47,188 nt of DNA from Candidatus Yanofskybacteria bacterium (GTDB lineage Bacteria > Patescibacteriota > Minisyncoccia > Minisyncoccales > UBA10102), in the NCBI GenBank assembly GCA_030688685.1, contig JAUYJF010000038.1, forward strand, positions 1 to 47,188, written 5' to 3'. Numbering within the stretch: position 1 is the first letter of the stretch; each line of letters begins with the position of its first letter. Positions 1-9,724 of this stretch are shown piece after piece. A program made the position numbers and the translations under genes. Under the pieces are notes generated by a model. The model ran no database searches, was not told the origin of the DNA, and was given only the letters and a program-made list of their open reading frames with translations.

Positions 1-25
1 TTCTGTATTACACTAGGAATGCACT

Positions 26-1072
26 ATGAAAATCCTTGGCATTGAAACCTCGTGCGATGACACGGGAGCAGCCCTCTTGGAAGGAGGCAGAAATACGGCC
101 CAAATCCTTTCAAATGTGGTTGCTTCTCAGATTGAAATACACCAAAAATACGGCGGAGTGTATCCCACCTTGGCAAAACGCGAACACCAAAAGAACCTCC
201 CCCTGGTGTTTACGCAAGCCCTGGGAGAATCCAAGCCTGATGCCATTGCCATAACCTACGGCCCCGGTCTTTCCCCGTGTCTATGGCAGGGAATTACCTT
301 TGCCCAGGAAAAGGCACAAGAACTCAATATCCCGCTCATACCGGTTAATCATATGGAGGGGCACTTGCTCGCTGCTCTCCTGTTTTCAGGAAAGGACCAA
401 GAGTTTGAAACCGACATCTCTCATGAGCTTCTTCCGGCGCTCGGACTCTTGGTATCCGGGGGCCACACAGAACTCATTCTCGTTGAGAAACTTGGAGCGT
501 ATAAGATAATTGGCGAAACAAGGGACGACGCGGCAGGAGAAGCGTTTGATAAAACAGCTCGCATTCTCGGGCTTCCGTATCCTGGAGGGCCGGAGATAGC
601 AGCAAAAGCAAAAGAATCTAAACAGAATACGTTTGATATCCGGCTTCCCCGGCCCATGCTTCATACCAAGGATTTTGATTTCAGCTTTTCAGGGCTCAAA
701 ACCGCAGTACTGTACGACTATAATTCCAGAACGCCAGAGGAACGAGAATCAGCTTCCTATATACAAGAAATGGCAAAAGAGATTCAGGAAGCGATTTTAG
801 ATGTTCTCATGAAGAAAACATTCGCCGCAGCCGATGAGTACGCTATAAAGACGCTCACTATTGGAGGAGGTGTCTCCGCGAACGATGAGCTTCGAGCACG
901 ATTCCTGAAGGAAGCAGAAAACAGAGGGATCATCCTGCGCGTTCCCCCAAAGCATCTCAGTACGGATAATGGAGCGATGATAGCTCTTGCGGGATATATA
1001 AAATGGCTTCGCGGAGAATATCTCTCCTCGGATGCGCGTATTGAAGCTGAACCAAACCTCAGGTTAGAATGA
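26..1072 (+). CDS. tsaD: tRNA N6-adenosine threonylcarbamoyltransferase TsaD
   Basis: N-terminal ILGIETSCDDT, HMEGH metal motif, LLVSGGHT, DDAAGEAFDK and DNGAMIA are Kae1/TsaD signatures. Confidence 0.97.
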   Translation: MKILGIETSCDDTGAALLEGGRNTAQILSNVVASQIEIHQKYGGVYPTLAKREHQKNLPLVFTQALGESKPDAIAITYGPGLSPCLWQGITFAQEKAQELNIPLIPVNHMEGHLLAALLFSGKDQEFETDISHELLPALGLLVSGGHTELILVEKLGAYKIIGETRDDAAGEAFDKTARILGLPYPGGPEIAAKAKESKQNTFDIRLPRPMLHTKDFDFSFSGLKTAVLYDYNSRTPEERESASYIQEMAKEIQEAILDVLMKKTFAAADEYAIKTLTIGGGVSANDELRARFLKEAENRGIILRVPPKHLSTDNGAMIALAGYIKWLRGEYLSSDARIEAEPNLRLE

Positions 1073-1081
1073 AGAATCCTC

Positions 1082-3265
1082 ATGGAACTGCCAAAACACT
1101 ATAATCCGGAAGAATCAGAAGAGAAATATTACAAACTCTGGGAGAAGAGCGGGTTTTTTAATCCTGACGTATGCAAGGAAAAGGGAGCTGCAGACCCCTC
1201 AAAGGAAGTTTTTTCTCTTGTGCTTCCCCCTCCCAACGTGACCGGAACCCTCCATATGGGACACGCTGCCATGCTTGCGATTGAAGACATTATCGTACGA
1301 TACGCGCGCATGCAGGGGCGGCCGACCCTTTGGATCCCGGGAACAGATCACGCGGCTATCGCCACGCAGTCAAAAGTGGAACGACAGCTCTACGAACAAG
1401 AGCAGAAAACCAGGCACGACCTCGGACGGGAAGAGTTCCTGAAACGGGTGCGAGAATTCGCCCAAGGCAGTCATGACACCATTATTCATCAGATCAAGAA
1501 AATGGGCGCATCCCTGGACTGGAGCCGCCAAGCATATACGTTAGATGAACAGCGGAGTTCCGCGACCTACGCGGCATTCAAGCGTATGTATGAACTTGGA
1601 CTTATCTACCGGGGAAACCGCATCGTGAATTGGTGTCCAAGATGTTCTTCCACGCTTGCAGATGACGAGGTGGAATACAAAGAAACGAACGCTGTTCTGT
1701 ACACATTCCGATACGCGAAAGATGTTCCCATTGCCATTTCCACAACACGGCCTGAAACAAAGTTTGGGGACACGGCTCTCGCGGTTCATCCGGAAGACAA
1801 ACGGTACCGGGAATATAGTGGGAAGGTCTATACCATAAACCTGGGAGCAGGAGACCAGGAGATCCGAGTAATCGCGGATGAATCAGTAGATTCCGAATTT
1901 GGCACGGGAGCTTTGGGAGTTACCCCGGCCCACAGCCAGATTGATGCTGAGATTGCCCAGCGCCACAATCTCCCTTCTCTCCAGGTTATTAATGAAAAGG
2001 GGGAAATGACAGAACGCACCGGCCCGTACGCGGGACTCCCCGTGAAAGAAGCGCGGAAGAGGTTTGTGGCGTGGCTGAAGGAGCAAGGGCTTCTTGAGCG
2101 CGAACAGCAGATTCCCCAGAACATCAGCGTGTGCTACCGATGCGGCACTCCCATTGAGCCCCTTCCTTCGCTTCAATGGTTTATTGCCGTAAACAAAGAA
2201 TTCGTATTGAAACATTCTCAGATTACGGGTATCGCTTCCGGTTCTCAAACAACCCTAAAGGAACTTATGAGAAAAGTGGTGGCACAGAAACAGATCACCA
2301 TTCTTCCTGAACAGTTTGAAAAGACCTACTTCCATTGGATAGATAATCTTCGCGACTGGTGCATCTCTCGCCAGATTTGGTTCGGGCATCAGATTCCCGT
2401 TTGGTATAAAAATGGGGAAATCTTTGTCGGAGAAAAAGCTCCGAGTCCAGAATGGCGGCGGGATCCGGATACCCTGGACACGTGGTTCTCTTCCGGCTTA
2501 TGGACGTTTTCCACGCTCGGCTGGCCAAAAGATACCGACGACCTCAAAACGTATCATCCCACTACCCTCCTTGAGACAGGGTATGATATTCTCTTTTTCT
2601 GGGTTGCCCGCATGATCTTACTGTCCGGATGCCTCCTGGGAGATATTCCGTTCAAAACGGTATACCTGCATGGTTTGGTGCGGGATGAGAAGGGAAAGAA
2701 GATGTCCAAATCTCTTGGAAACGTCATTGACCCTCTGGACATGATCTCAAAATACGGCGCTGACGCCACCCGCCTCTCCCTTATTGTGGGGGTGGCCCCG
2801 GGATCAGACAGCAAGCTCTCAGAAAACAAGGTGAGAGGATACAAATACTTCACCAACAAACTATGGAATATCTCCCGCTTTGTGCTTATGCAAACTGAGG
2901 ACTATGATCCCAAAGCTACCCCGCAACTTTCTCGGGAGGACGAAAAGATTCTCCAGGAGTTTCGTGCCATGGCGCAAGAAGTAACCAGACACATTGAAGG
3001 GTATCGCTTTTATCTTGCCGCTGATTCTCTGTATCAATATCTCTGGCATACCTTTGCCGACAAGGTGCTGGAGGACTCAAAGCCCCTCCTGAAGGACTCG
3101 GCCACAAGAGCCGCGCGGCAGTACGTACTTGTAAGCATTCTCGCTGATTCTGTGAAACTCCTCCACCCCTTTACTCCGTTTGTTACAGAAGCAATCTACC
3201 AAAACCTCCCCCTCGCAGAGAAGAAAGAAACCATCATGATCGAGCCCTGGCCCGTCAGCATATGA
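1082..3265 (+). CDS. valS: Valine--tRNA ligase (lacks the C-terminal coiled-coil arm)
   Basis: PPPNVTGTLHMGH (HIGH), DWCISRQIWFGH, DTLDTWFSS and KMSKS motifs; 727 aa, ending just after the anticodon-binding domain. Confidence 0.97.
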   Translation: MELPKHYNPEESEEKYYKLWEKSGFFNPDVCKEKGAADPSKEVFSLVLPPPNVTGTLHMGHAAMLAIEDIIVRYARMQGRPTLWIPGTDHAAIATQSKVERQLYEQEQKTRHDLGREEFLKRVREFAQGSHDTIIHQIKKMGASLDWSRQAYTLDEQRSSATYAAFKRMYELGLIYRGNRIVNWCPRCSSTLADDEVEYKETNAVLYTFRYAKDVPIAISTTRPETKFGDTALAVHPEDKRYREYSGKVYTINLGAGDQEIRVIADESVDSEFGTGALGVTPAHSQIDAEIAQRHNLPSLQVINEKGEMTERTGPYAGLPVKEARKRFVAWLKEQGLLEREQQIPQNISVCYRCGTPIEPLPSLQWFIAVNKEFVLKHSQITGIASGSQTTLKELMRKVVAQKQITILPEQFEKTYFHWIDNLRDWCISRQIWFGHQIPVWYKNGEIFVGEKAPSPEWRRDPDTLDTWFSSGLWTFSTLGWPKDTDDLKTYHPTTLLETGYDILFFWVARMILLSGCLLGDIPFKTVYLHGLVRDEKGKKMSKSLGNVIDPLDMISKYGADATRLSLIVGVAPGSDSKLSENKVRGYKYFTNKLWNISRFVLMQTEDYDPKATPQLSREDEKILQEFRAMAQEVTRHIEGYRFYLAADSLYQYLWHTFADKVLEDSKPLLKDSATRAARQYVLVSILADSVKLLHPFTPFVTEAIYQNLPLAEKKETIMIEPWPVSI

Positions 3266-3963
3266 ACTTCCTGCTTTTCCTCTTCTTTGGGATAGCTCCC
3301 AGTATTATCTGGCTGCTGTTTTACCTCAGAGAAGACGTTCATCCAGAACCCAAGTGGATGATCCGCAAGGTGTTCCTCTGGGGAATGCTCGCGACCATTC
3401 CCGTCATTTTTATTGAGATGGGTTTGCGAGGCGCGATTCACTCCGTGCTTCCTTCTCCCTACGCCTTCTACGTCTACATGTTCTTGGGAGTCGCCCTGAT
3501 AGAAGAGCTGGCCAAGTACGCGGTAGTGCGCTTGCGCGTATATAAAACCTCCGCCATTGATGAGCCGCCCGATGTTATGATCTACATGATTGTCGCGGGG
3601 CTTGGTTTTGCCGCGTTAGAAAACGTGCTCATGCTCTTTGGGTTAGGTCCCCTTGCCGCTCTTTCTGATATTCTCCTTATTACTCTTCTGCGATTCGCGG
3701 GAGCAACATTTCTTCATGCTCTTGTGTCAGGACTCTTTGGATACTTTATTGCCATCTCCTGGTATAATAAAAAATACAAGGCGCTGGTAAGTATAACCGG
3801 CTTGGTCATTGCTGTTTTCTTGCACGGTTTGTTTAACTTCTCTATAATGGAAGTACAAGGTCTCGCGAAAGTAGGTATTCCCGTAATTATTTTATTTACG
3901 CTTGCGGTTTCTGTAGTGCTGGGATTCTGGCATCTCAGAAAACTGAAAAGCGTACAACGCTAA
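3262..3963 (+). CDS. prsW: PrsW-family intramembrane glutamic protease
   Basis: Multi-TM protein with HPEP, EELAK, GLGFAALEN and conserved His motifs (FLHA, LHGLFN). Confidence 0.88.
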   Translation: MNFLLFLFFGIAPSIIWLLFYLREDVHPEPKWMIRKVFLWGMLATIPVIFIEMGLRGAIHSVLPSPYAFYVYMFLGVALIEELAKYAVVRLRVYKTSAIDEPPDVMIYMIVAGLGFAALENVLMLFGLGPLAALSDILLITLLRFAGATFLHALVSGLFGYFIAISWYNKKYKALVSITGLVIAVFLHGLFNFSIMEVQGLAKVGIPVIILFTLAVSVVLGFWHLRKLKSVQR

Positions 3964-3967
3964 AGCT

Positions 3968-4504
3968 ATGTCATTTTTTCAAAAGATACGAGGAGGTGTG
4001 GGAATTGATGAGGAGTTGGAAACTCCTGTCGATGAGGCGGAAGAATCCACTGTTCTAAAACACGAAAGGCCAACAAAGGAAGCAAAGAAAATTCTCGTCA
4101 AGAAACGAGTGGAGAAAAACGAGACTGAAGTCCCCGCAGCAACAGAAGAAAAGGAAACGGACAATTGGTTTGAACCGGAAGGGGAACTTGCCGTGGACGT
4201 GTACCAGACGGGAAACGAAATCGTTATCCAGTCCACCATTGCCGGACTGAAAGCTGACAACCTGGACATCTCCATTGAAAACGACATTGTGACCATTCTG
4301 GGAGAACGGCAAAACTCTCTTGAACACGAAGAAAAAGATTATTTCATTCAGGAATGCTACTGGGGAGCTTTTTCCCGGCAGATTATTCTCCCAGAGGAAG
4401 TGGACGCGCAAAACGCGGAGGCGTCAATCAAGGATGGGGTTCTCATTATCCGTCTCCCAAAGTTTGAGCGCGTAAAAGTAAAGAAAATACGAATAAAGGG
4501 ATAA
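3968..4504 (+). CDS. Hsp20/alpha-crystallin small heat-shock protein
   Basis: VDVYQT...ECYWGAFSRQIILPEEVD...ASIKDGVLIIRLPK alpha-crystallin domain. Confidence 0.93.
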   Translation: MSFFQKIRGGVGIDEELETPVDEAEESTVLKHERPTKEAKKILVKKRVEKNETEVPAATEEKETDNWFEPEGELAVDVYQTGNEIVIQSTIAGLKADNLDISIENDIVTILGERQNSLEHEEKDYFIQECYWGAFSRQIILPEEVDAQNAEASIKDGVLIIRLPKFERVKVKKIRIKG

Positions 4505-4518
4505 AGTAGTAAGTGAAC

Positions 4519-4551
4519 GAAAGCCGGGCATCTCTGTCCGGCTTTTCTTTT
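4519..4551 (+). terminator. Intrinsic terminator after hsp20
   Basis: AAAGCCGGGCA-TCTC-TGTCCGGCTTT stem followed by a T-tract. Confidence 0.7.
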
Positions 4552-4579
4552 GCCTAAACCTGGTTTAGTTTTCCACAGG

Positions 4580-4661
4580 TGCGCCTGGCAGGAGTTGAAC
4601 CTGCACGGGTTGCCCCACTGGCTCCTAAGGCCAGCGCGTCTGCCAGTTCCGCCACAGGCGC
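4580..4661 (-). tRNA. tRNA-Leu(UAG)
   Basis: Cloverleaf GCGCCTG...CAGGCGC-A, anticodon loop CTTAGGA, long variable arm. Confidence 0.95.
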
Positions 4662-4721
4662 CCACTTTCGCGATTAGATTTTATCAAAAAACAGGGAAGA
4701 AATAAAGGGAGTGCCCCGGAT

Positions 4722-4752
4722 ACAAAACAACCCTTTGCTCAGGGTTGTTTTG
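4722..4752 (-). terminator. Intrinsic terminator after the pilin genes
   Basis: CAAAACAACCCT...AGGGTTGTTTTG inverted repeat just past the stop at 4768. Confidence 0.65.
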
Positions 4753-4767
4753 CTACTGTTACTTCTC

Positions 4768-5145
4768 TTAATTTATACCAAGGATAGCTTTTAGAAGCGG
4801 CTCTACGCCTCGCGAGAGAAGCGCAATCGCAATACCTACTACTGCCCACATGAGCTTGCCTCGCGCTTCAGCTGCCTTTTCGGGGCCTTGGAGAAATTGG
4901 AACGCAGCGAGGACAATCATGATCACAGAAACAATCAGAAAGATCGCGAAAACAAAATTCAAAGCTGTCCCAACAAGTCCCACAATGTAGTTTAGATTGA
5001 AGTCAGTTGGAGGAGATGGCGGTGCTGTTGGGCCCGTTGGTATATTCTGCCCAAGCGCAACGACTGGAACAGCAACCATGGCAAGACCAAAAATGAACAC
5101 GAAGCTTAATGCAGCAATTTTTTTCATACGTGTTGTGTGTTTCAT
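4768..5145 (-). CDS. TrbC/VirB2-like pilin, small
   Basis: Signal peptide, short Pro-rich linker, then two hydrophobic helices separated by GPEKAAEARGKLMWAVVGIAI; start moved to the ATG at 5145 (MKHTTRMKK). Confidence 0.7.
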   Translation of the reverse strand: MKHTTRMKKIAALSFVFIFGLAMVAVPVVALGQNIPTGPTAPPSPPTDFNLNYIVGLVGTALNFVFAIFLIVSVIMIVLAAFQFLQGPEKAAEARGKLMWAVVGIAIALLSRGVEPLLKAILGIN

Positions 5146-5155
5146 AAACGACCTT

Positions 5156-6502
5156 TTATGTTCCAAGAATATTCTGGAGTAGGGCAACAAGCCCTCCTGA
5201 CAATAGTATAATCGTAAATCCAATAACCGTCCACAAGAGAATGTTTTTTGCTTGCTTAATCTTATCAGGATTGCCGCCCCCCGTCACAAATAAGAAGCCC
5301 GCGAGTACCACCATGAGAGGAACGAGAGCTGAGGCAATCATGAAAATAAACCCGAGGATGTTATCAATGAGATCGGTAAAGCTGTCTGCCTGGAGCGGAT
5401 TGCAAATTTTGATTCCGCCCCCTTCCGGCTGTGGGCAATCAAAGAATCCTCCTGTGCCAGTAGTAGGAGCAGATGAGGAAGATGCACGCACTGTTGTATA
5501 ATTAGAATCAGATACGCCTCCGCGAGTTCCACTAACCGTAACCGTATAACCTCCTGCCGTAGGATAATTGCATGTACGAGCAAATGTGTGCTCTGTGCCT
5601 CCAACAACGTTTTCTGTGGCATCAAATGTCCCCGATCCCTGGCATCTCAATTTCAACTCGACAGTTCCACTCCCTCCTGAATATTCAGCAGTAATGCGGA
5701 CATTATTGAGAGGCGCAGCCCCTTCGGTTGGGTTTACTGCAACGCTCGAAATCCTAAAAGGACTCTCACTTTCTCTTACGCCAGACCCATCTCCAGTTAC
5801 ATTTACAGCAATAGGATTTCCTGCATTATTCCCAAAAGTAATGACAGCGTCCGTAGGGCCTGCTCTTTGAGGGCTAAACTTAATCGTAATGTTTTGTTGT
5901 GACCCAGGGCCTAGGGAATAGTTGCATTGTCCACTACACCCAAATGCTGGGTCAGAAGACGAAACATTTCCAAACAACGATGGCCCTCCGCTCGCAGTGT
6001 TCTGAACTGTAAACACAAGGTTCTTCCACCCGCCAACGGCTACCGTTTCTGGAGGTTCCGTAAATTTGACGGCGGGAGGAGACGCGGGAGTTACATATAG
6101 ACGCGGCGTCGGAGGAGGAGCTGCTACCACCGTAAAGCTTCTTATCGGACGTGTATCAGCAAAATGACCCGGACCAGCCTGAGCTATAGCGTAATATTCA
6201 ATAGTGGTTCCTTCGGGCCAAGGTCCTCTTGTAACACACGGGAGTTCACTTTGACTGAGCGAACAAGATGTTTCATCACTAAATCTCTCCCCCGATCCAG
6301 GGGGTTTGATGTAAATAACTAAACTTGTAAGATTTGGATTAGTGTGTGAGGCACTCGTAAAAAAATCAACTGTTTGCTCGCTGTTCGGAGAGATTGGACT
6401 ATGAAAAACAGAGACATTTGGTTCATGCGCGTAAGTTGCAAGGGGAACAAAAAATAAAACAGCAAAAAAGCTAAAAAATAGAAAGGTTGCTTTGGACTGC
6501 AT
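5156..6502 (-). CDS. Large pilin-domain surface protein: signal peptide, several beta-rich Ig/PKD-like domains, C-terminal TrbC/VirB2-like pilin domain
   Basis: C-terminal ICNPL...GFLFVTGGGNPDKIKQAKNILLWTVIG pilin signature; Ser/Thr/Gly-rich beta segments with Cys pairs; ATG at 6502 lies 6 nt after TATAAT. Confidence 0.7.
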   Translation of the reverse strand: MQSKATFLFFSFFAVLFFVPLATYAHEPNVSVFHSPISPNSEQTVDFFTSASHTNPNLTSLVIYIKPPGSGERFSDETSCSLSQSELPCVTRGPWPEGTTIEYYAIAQAGPGHFADTRPIRSFTVVAAPPPTPRLYVTPASPPAVKFTEPPETVAVGGWKNLVFTVQNTASGGPSLFGNVSSSDPAFGCSGQCNYSLGPGSQQNITIKFSPQRAGPTDAVITFGNNAGNPIAVNVTGDGSGVRESESPFRISSVAVNPTEGAAPLNNVRITAEYSGGSGTVELKLRCQGSGTFDATENVVGGTEHTFARTCNYPTAGGYTVTVSGTRGGVSDSNYTTVRASSSSAPTTGTGGFFDCPQPEGGGIKICNPLQADSFTDLIDNILGFIFMIASALVPLMVVLAGFLFVTGGGNPDKIKQAKNILLWTVIGFTIILLSGGLVALLQNILGT

Positions 6503-6541
6503 TAGGGTATTATAGCGCAATGAAGAAATCAGGCAATCACT

Positions 6542-9007
6542 TTATACACAAGCCGCGGAAATTACCTTGTCTTTTTCATCCAGGCGCATAATGCGCACCC
6601 CCTGGGTGGAACGTCCAAGTGTGGACACGGATTTGAGTTCCGTGCGAATAACCGTGCCTTTGCGGGATATCACAATCAGTTCCTCCTCTTCACCGGACAG
6701 CACCTTGCCGTACACAATATCTCCCGTCTTTGGCGTTACGTTCATTGCCTTAATGCCAGACCCCCCTCTTCCCTGCAAGCGATACTCCTTGAGTTCCGTC
6801 TTTTTCCCGTACCCGTTCTCAGTCAGCACGAGCACGAGAGGATTCTGCTCGTTTGAAGAAGAAACCACGTCAATGGAAACCACCTCGTCTCCCTTCTTGA
6901 GGCGAAGGCCGTGCACACCCGCAGCCCCTCTTCCCATGGCCCTGACTTCTGACTCCTTAAAACGTACAGACTGCCCCTTTTTCGTAAGGAGAACAACCTC
7001 ATCTTCTCCTGTTGTTTTTCGCACTCCCCTGAGTTCGTCTCCCTTTTTCAGGGTTAGAGCAATGAGCCCCGATCTCCTGACATTCTTGAACTCGTCCAGA
7101 GGAGTTTTCTTAATGATCCCATCCTTGGTCACCATAATCAGGTGTTTTACGCCAGCGTCCTCTTCCTTCTTTCCCAGAGCCATCATGGAGAGCACCTTAT
7201 CGGTGGCTGCCATTTCAAAGAAATTCAAGAGCCCGCGCCCTTTGCCCACGCGGCTTCCTTCCGGGATTTCATACATGGGAGTTCGGAATACTTTCCCAGA
7301 ATCGGTGAACATCATGAGGTAATCATGAGTTTGGCCAAACAGAAAATGCTCCACGATATCGTCTGCCGTTGTCTTCATGCCCATGAGCCCCCGTCCCCCG
7401 CGCTTCTGGAGCCGGTACATGTCGGGATTCACGCGCTTAATGTATCCTCCCTGCGTTAGCATGATCACCGTGTCTTCCTGGGGGATGAGGTCTTCTTCCG
7501 CGATTTCTCCCACCCCTTGCACTTGTACTTTGGTTTTCCGTTCGTCCCCAAACGCCTCCTTTGCGGCAAGCAGTTCTTTTTTGACAACCTCATCTATTTT
7601 CTTAGGGGAAGCTAAGATCGCGGAAAGCTCCTTGATTTTTGCCCGGATCTCTTTCAGTTCATCTTCAATCTTTGTCCGCTCCAGCTTGGAGAGCTGGGCC
7701 AGACGCATATCTAAAATGGCATTCGTTTGCATTTCCGTAAGACGGAAACGGGCCATGAGCTTTTTCTGGGCTTCTGGCCTGTCCTGTGACCCCCGGATAA
7801 TCTTAATTACCTCGTCAATATTGGTGAGACACTTCTGGAGCCCTTCCAGGATATGCTCCCGTTCCTTTGCCCGATCCAGATCATACTGCGTGCGGCGCAC
7901 AATTACAACTCTTCGGTGCGCCAAAAAATACACAAGCACTTCCGCCAACGAAAGGACACGGGGTTGAATGCCGTCCACCAGGGCAATCATGTTCAGGTGA
8001 TAGGTTTTCTGGAGATCTGAGAATTTATAGAGACGGTTCAAGATCTTCTGCGGATACGCTTCCTTGTGGAGATCAAACACGATTCGCAATCCGTCCTTAT
8101 CTGATTCGTCCCGAATGTCGCGAATGCCCTCTATTTTCTTTTCCTGCACCAGATTGGCAAACTGCTCCACCAGGGAAGATTTGTTTACCTGATAAGGAAT
8201 CTGCGTAATGATGATCTGCGTGCGCTTGGGAGTTTCTTCCACGTCTGCCTTTCCGCGCATCACAATAGGCCCTCTGCCCTGAGAGTATGCTTCAATGATT
8301 TCTCTCCTGTTGTATATGGTGCCGGCTGTAGGAAAGTCCGGCCCCTTGATGAACTGAAAGAGATCTTCTGTTGTGGTCTTCGGGTTCTCAATAAGATACG
8401 TCAAAGCGTCCACAATCTCTGAAAGATTATGGGGAGGAATATTGGTTGCCATTCCCACGGCGATCCCCAAGCTTCCGTTTAAGAGGAGCTGAGGAAGGGG
8501 GGCGGGGAGAACCGAGGGCTCCTTTCTTGTACCATCGTAGTTTTCAATAAAATCAACGGTGTTCTTCCCAATGTCGCGGAGCATTTCTTCTCCCACGCGA
8601 GAGAGGCGGGCTTCCGTGTAGCGCATAGCAGCGGCAGAGTCCCCATCTATAGAACCCATATTTCCGTGCCCTTCCACGAGCATGTACCGCATGATCCAGC
8701 TCTGGGCCATGCGAACCATAGCCTCATACACGGCGCTGTCCCCGTGCGGATGGTATCGCCCGAGCGTGGATCCAACCACGGTAGCGGATTTCCTGAACTT
8801 TGCGGCATGCGTTAAGCCGTCCTCGTACATGGCGTAGAGAATTCTCCTCTGGACCGGCTTTAATCCGTCCCGCACGTCAGGGAGCGCGCGGGCAACAATA
8901 ACAGACATGGCATAGTCCAAATAGGAGGTCCCCATTTCCTCCACAATTTCCCTGGATTCAACGGAACCCAGAGCGAACTTCTGCTGATCTGGATCTTTTT
9001 CTGCCAT
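6542..9007 (-). CDS. gyrA: DNA gyrase subunit A
   Basis: YHPHGD, catalytic AAMRYTEAR, GyrA-box QKRGGRG and C-terminal beta-pinwheel repeats. Confidence 0.97.
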   Translation of the reverse strand: MAEKDPDQQKFALGSVESREIVEEMGTSYLDYAMSVIVARALPDVRDGLKPVQRRILYAMYEDGLTHAAKFRKSATVVGSTLGRYHPHGDSAVYEAMVRMAQSWIMRYMLVEGHGNMGSIDGDSAAAMRYTEARLSRVGEEMLRDIGKNTVDFIENYDGTRKEPSVLPAPLPQLLLNGSLGIAVGMATNIPPHNLSEIVDALTYLIENPKTTTEDLFQFIKGPDFPTAGTIYNRREIIEAYSQGRGPIVMRGKADVEETPKRTQIIITQIPYQVNKSSLVEQFANLVQEKKIEGIRDIRDESDKDGLRIVFDLHKEAYPQKILNRLYKFSDLQKTYHLNMIALVDGIQPRVLSLAEVLVYFLAHRRVVIVRRTQYDLDRAKEREHILEGLQKCLTNIDEVIKIIRGSQDRPEAQKKLMARFRLTEMQTNAILDMRLAQLSKLERTKIEDELKEIRAKIKELSAILASPKKIDEVVKKELLAAKEAFGDERKTKVQVQGVGEIAEEDLIPQEDTVIMLTQGGYIKRVNPDMYRLQKRGGRGLMGMKTTADDIVEHFLFGQTHDYLMMFTDSGKVFRTPMYEIPEGSRVGKGRGLLNFFEMAATDKVLSMMALGKKEEDAGVKHLIMVTKDGIIKKTPLDEFKNVRRSGLIALTLKKGDELRGVRKTTGEDEVVLLTKKGQSVRFKESEVRAMGRGAAGVHGLRLKKGDEVVSIDVVSSSNEQNPLVLVLTENGYGKKTELKEYRLQGRGGSGIKAMNVTPKTGDIVYGKVLSGEEEELIVISRKGTVIRTELKSVSTLGRSTQGVRIMRLDEKDKVISAACV

Positions 9008-9011
9008 ATGT

Positions 9012-9635
9012 CTAGGAGGGCTTGAGAACGATAAGCTTCATCTCCTCTTCTCCTTCAACGTCCTTTTGTTTCAGAATAACCTTTTGCTGCGGCTCTCCTT
9101 CCTTTACTCCCATGGTTTTGAGGAATTGCTCAACCGTGCCCAGTTTTTCCTTAAGCCCTGGGATCGCGTATCGCATGGGGATCACCACGGCAGGTTCCAG
9201 CTGACTTACCATACGGGCTGCCTCCTGCGCGTCAATCGTGTCTCCCCCTCCCACGGGAATAAACAGTACGTGAACTGTTCCTATTTTCTCAATTTGCCCT
9301 GACGTAAGCTCCTGCTGTTGGATTGCCCCCAAGTGGCATACTTTCATCCCTTCAGCTTCCATCGTGTAGATGACATTTCCGTTTGTTTCCCCGATACCCT
9401 GAATAAATATGTCTTTCACCTCGTATTCGCCGGGGGTAGAAAATAGAATGGGCGTTCCTTTTACTCCTTTTGTCTCAGGTTTTCCGTGAGTAACCAAAAG
9501 AATATCCGCCTCTTGCGGCGAAAGCTTTATGCCAGTTGACTCTCCAAAGGGATCAATGAGAATTTTTACCTGCTCCTGTTTTCCCCGGGATAAGGAAAGC
9601 GAAATACATGTTTGTCCCTTCCATAGAATCTGCAT
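9012..9635 (-). CDS. MBL-fold (beta-lactamase superfamily) protein with degenerate metal ligands
   Basis: [30 protein letters not shown] and IPMxY blocks; start set at MQILWKG. Confidence 0.8.
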   Translation of the reverse strand: MQILWKGQTCISLSLSRGKQEQVKILIDPFGESTGIKLSPQEADILLVTHGKPETKGVKGTPILFSTPGEYEVKDIFIQGIGETNGNVIYTMEAEGMKVCHLGAIQQQELTSGQIEKIGTVHVLFIPVGGGDTIDAQEAARMVSQLEPAVVIPMRYAIPGLKEKLGTVEQFLKTMGVKEGEPQQKVILKQKDVEGEEEMKLIVLKPS

Positions 9636-9724
9636 ATTGAACAAGTGTATCACACGCGCGTGAGAAAATCCATGGGCTTCTGGGCCTTTGACACCCGAGG
9701 AAGTTCTGTGTATATTGGATGGGT

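Noticed and set aside
4569..4577. TTTTCCACA DnaA-box-like sequence suggesting an origin
   Set aside because: A single imperfect box with no cluster or AT-rich unwinding element, and no dnaA/dnaN nearby.
6567..8208. Long antisense ORFs opposite gyrA (similar ones lie opposite nrdJ, infB, pilB, tig and cca)
   Set aside because: Shadow frames of well-conserved genes with no recognisable motifs.
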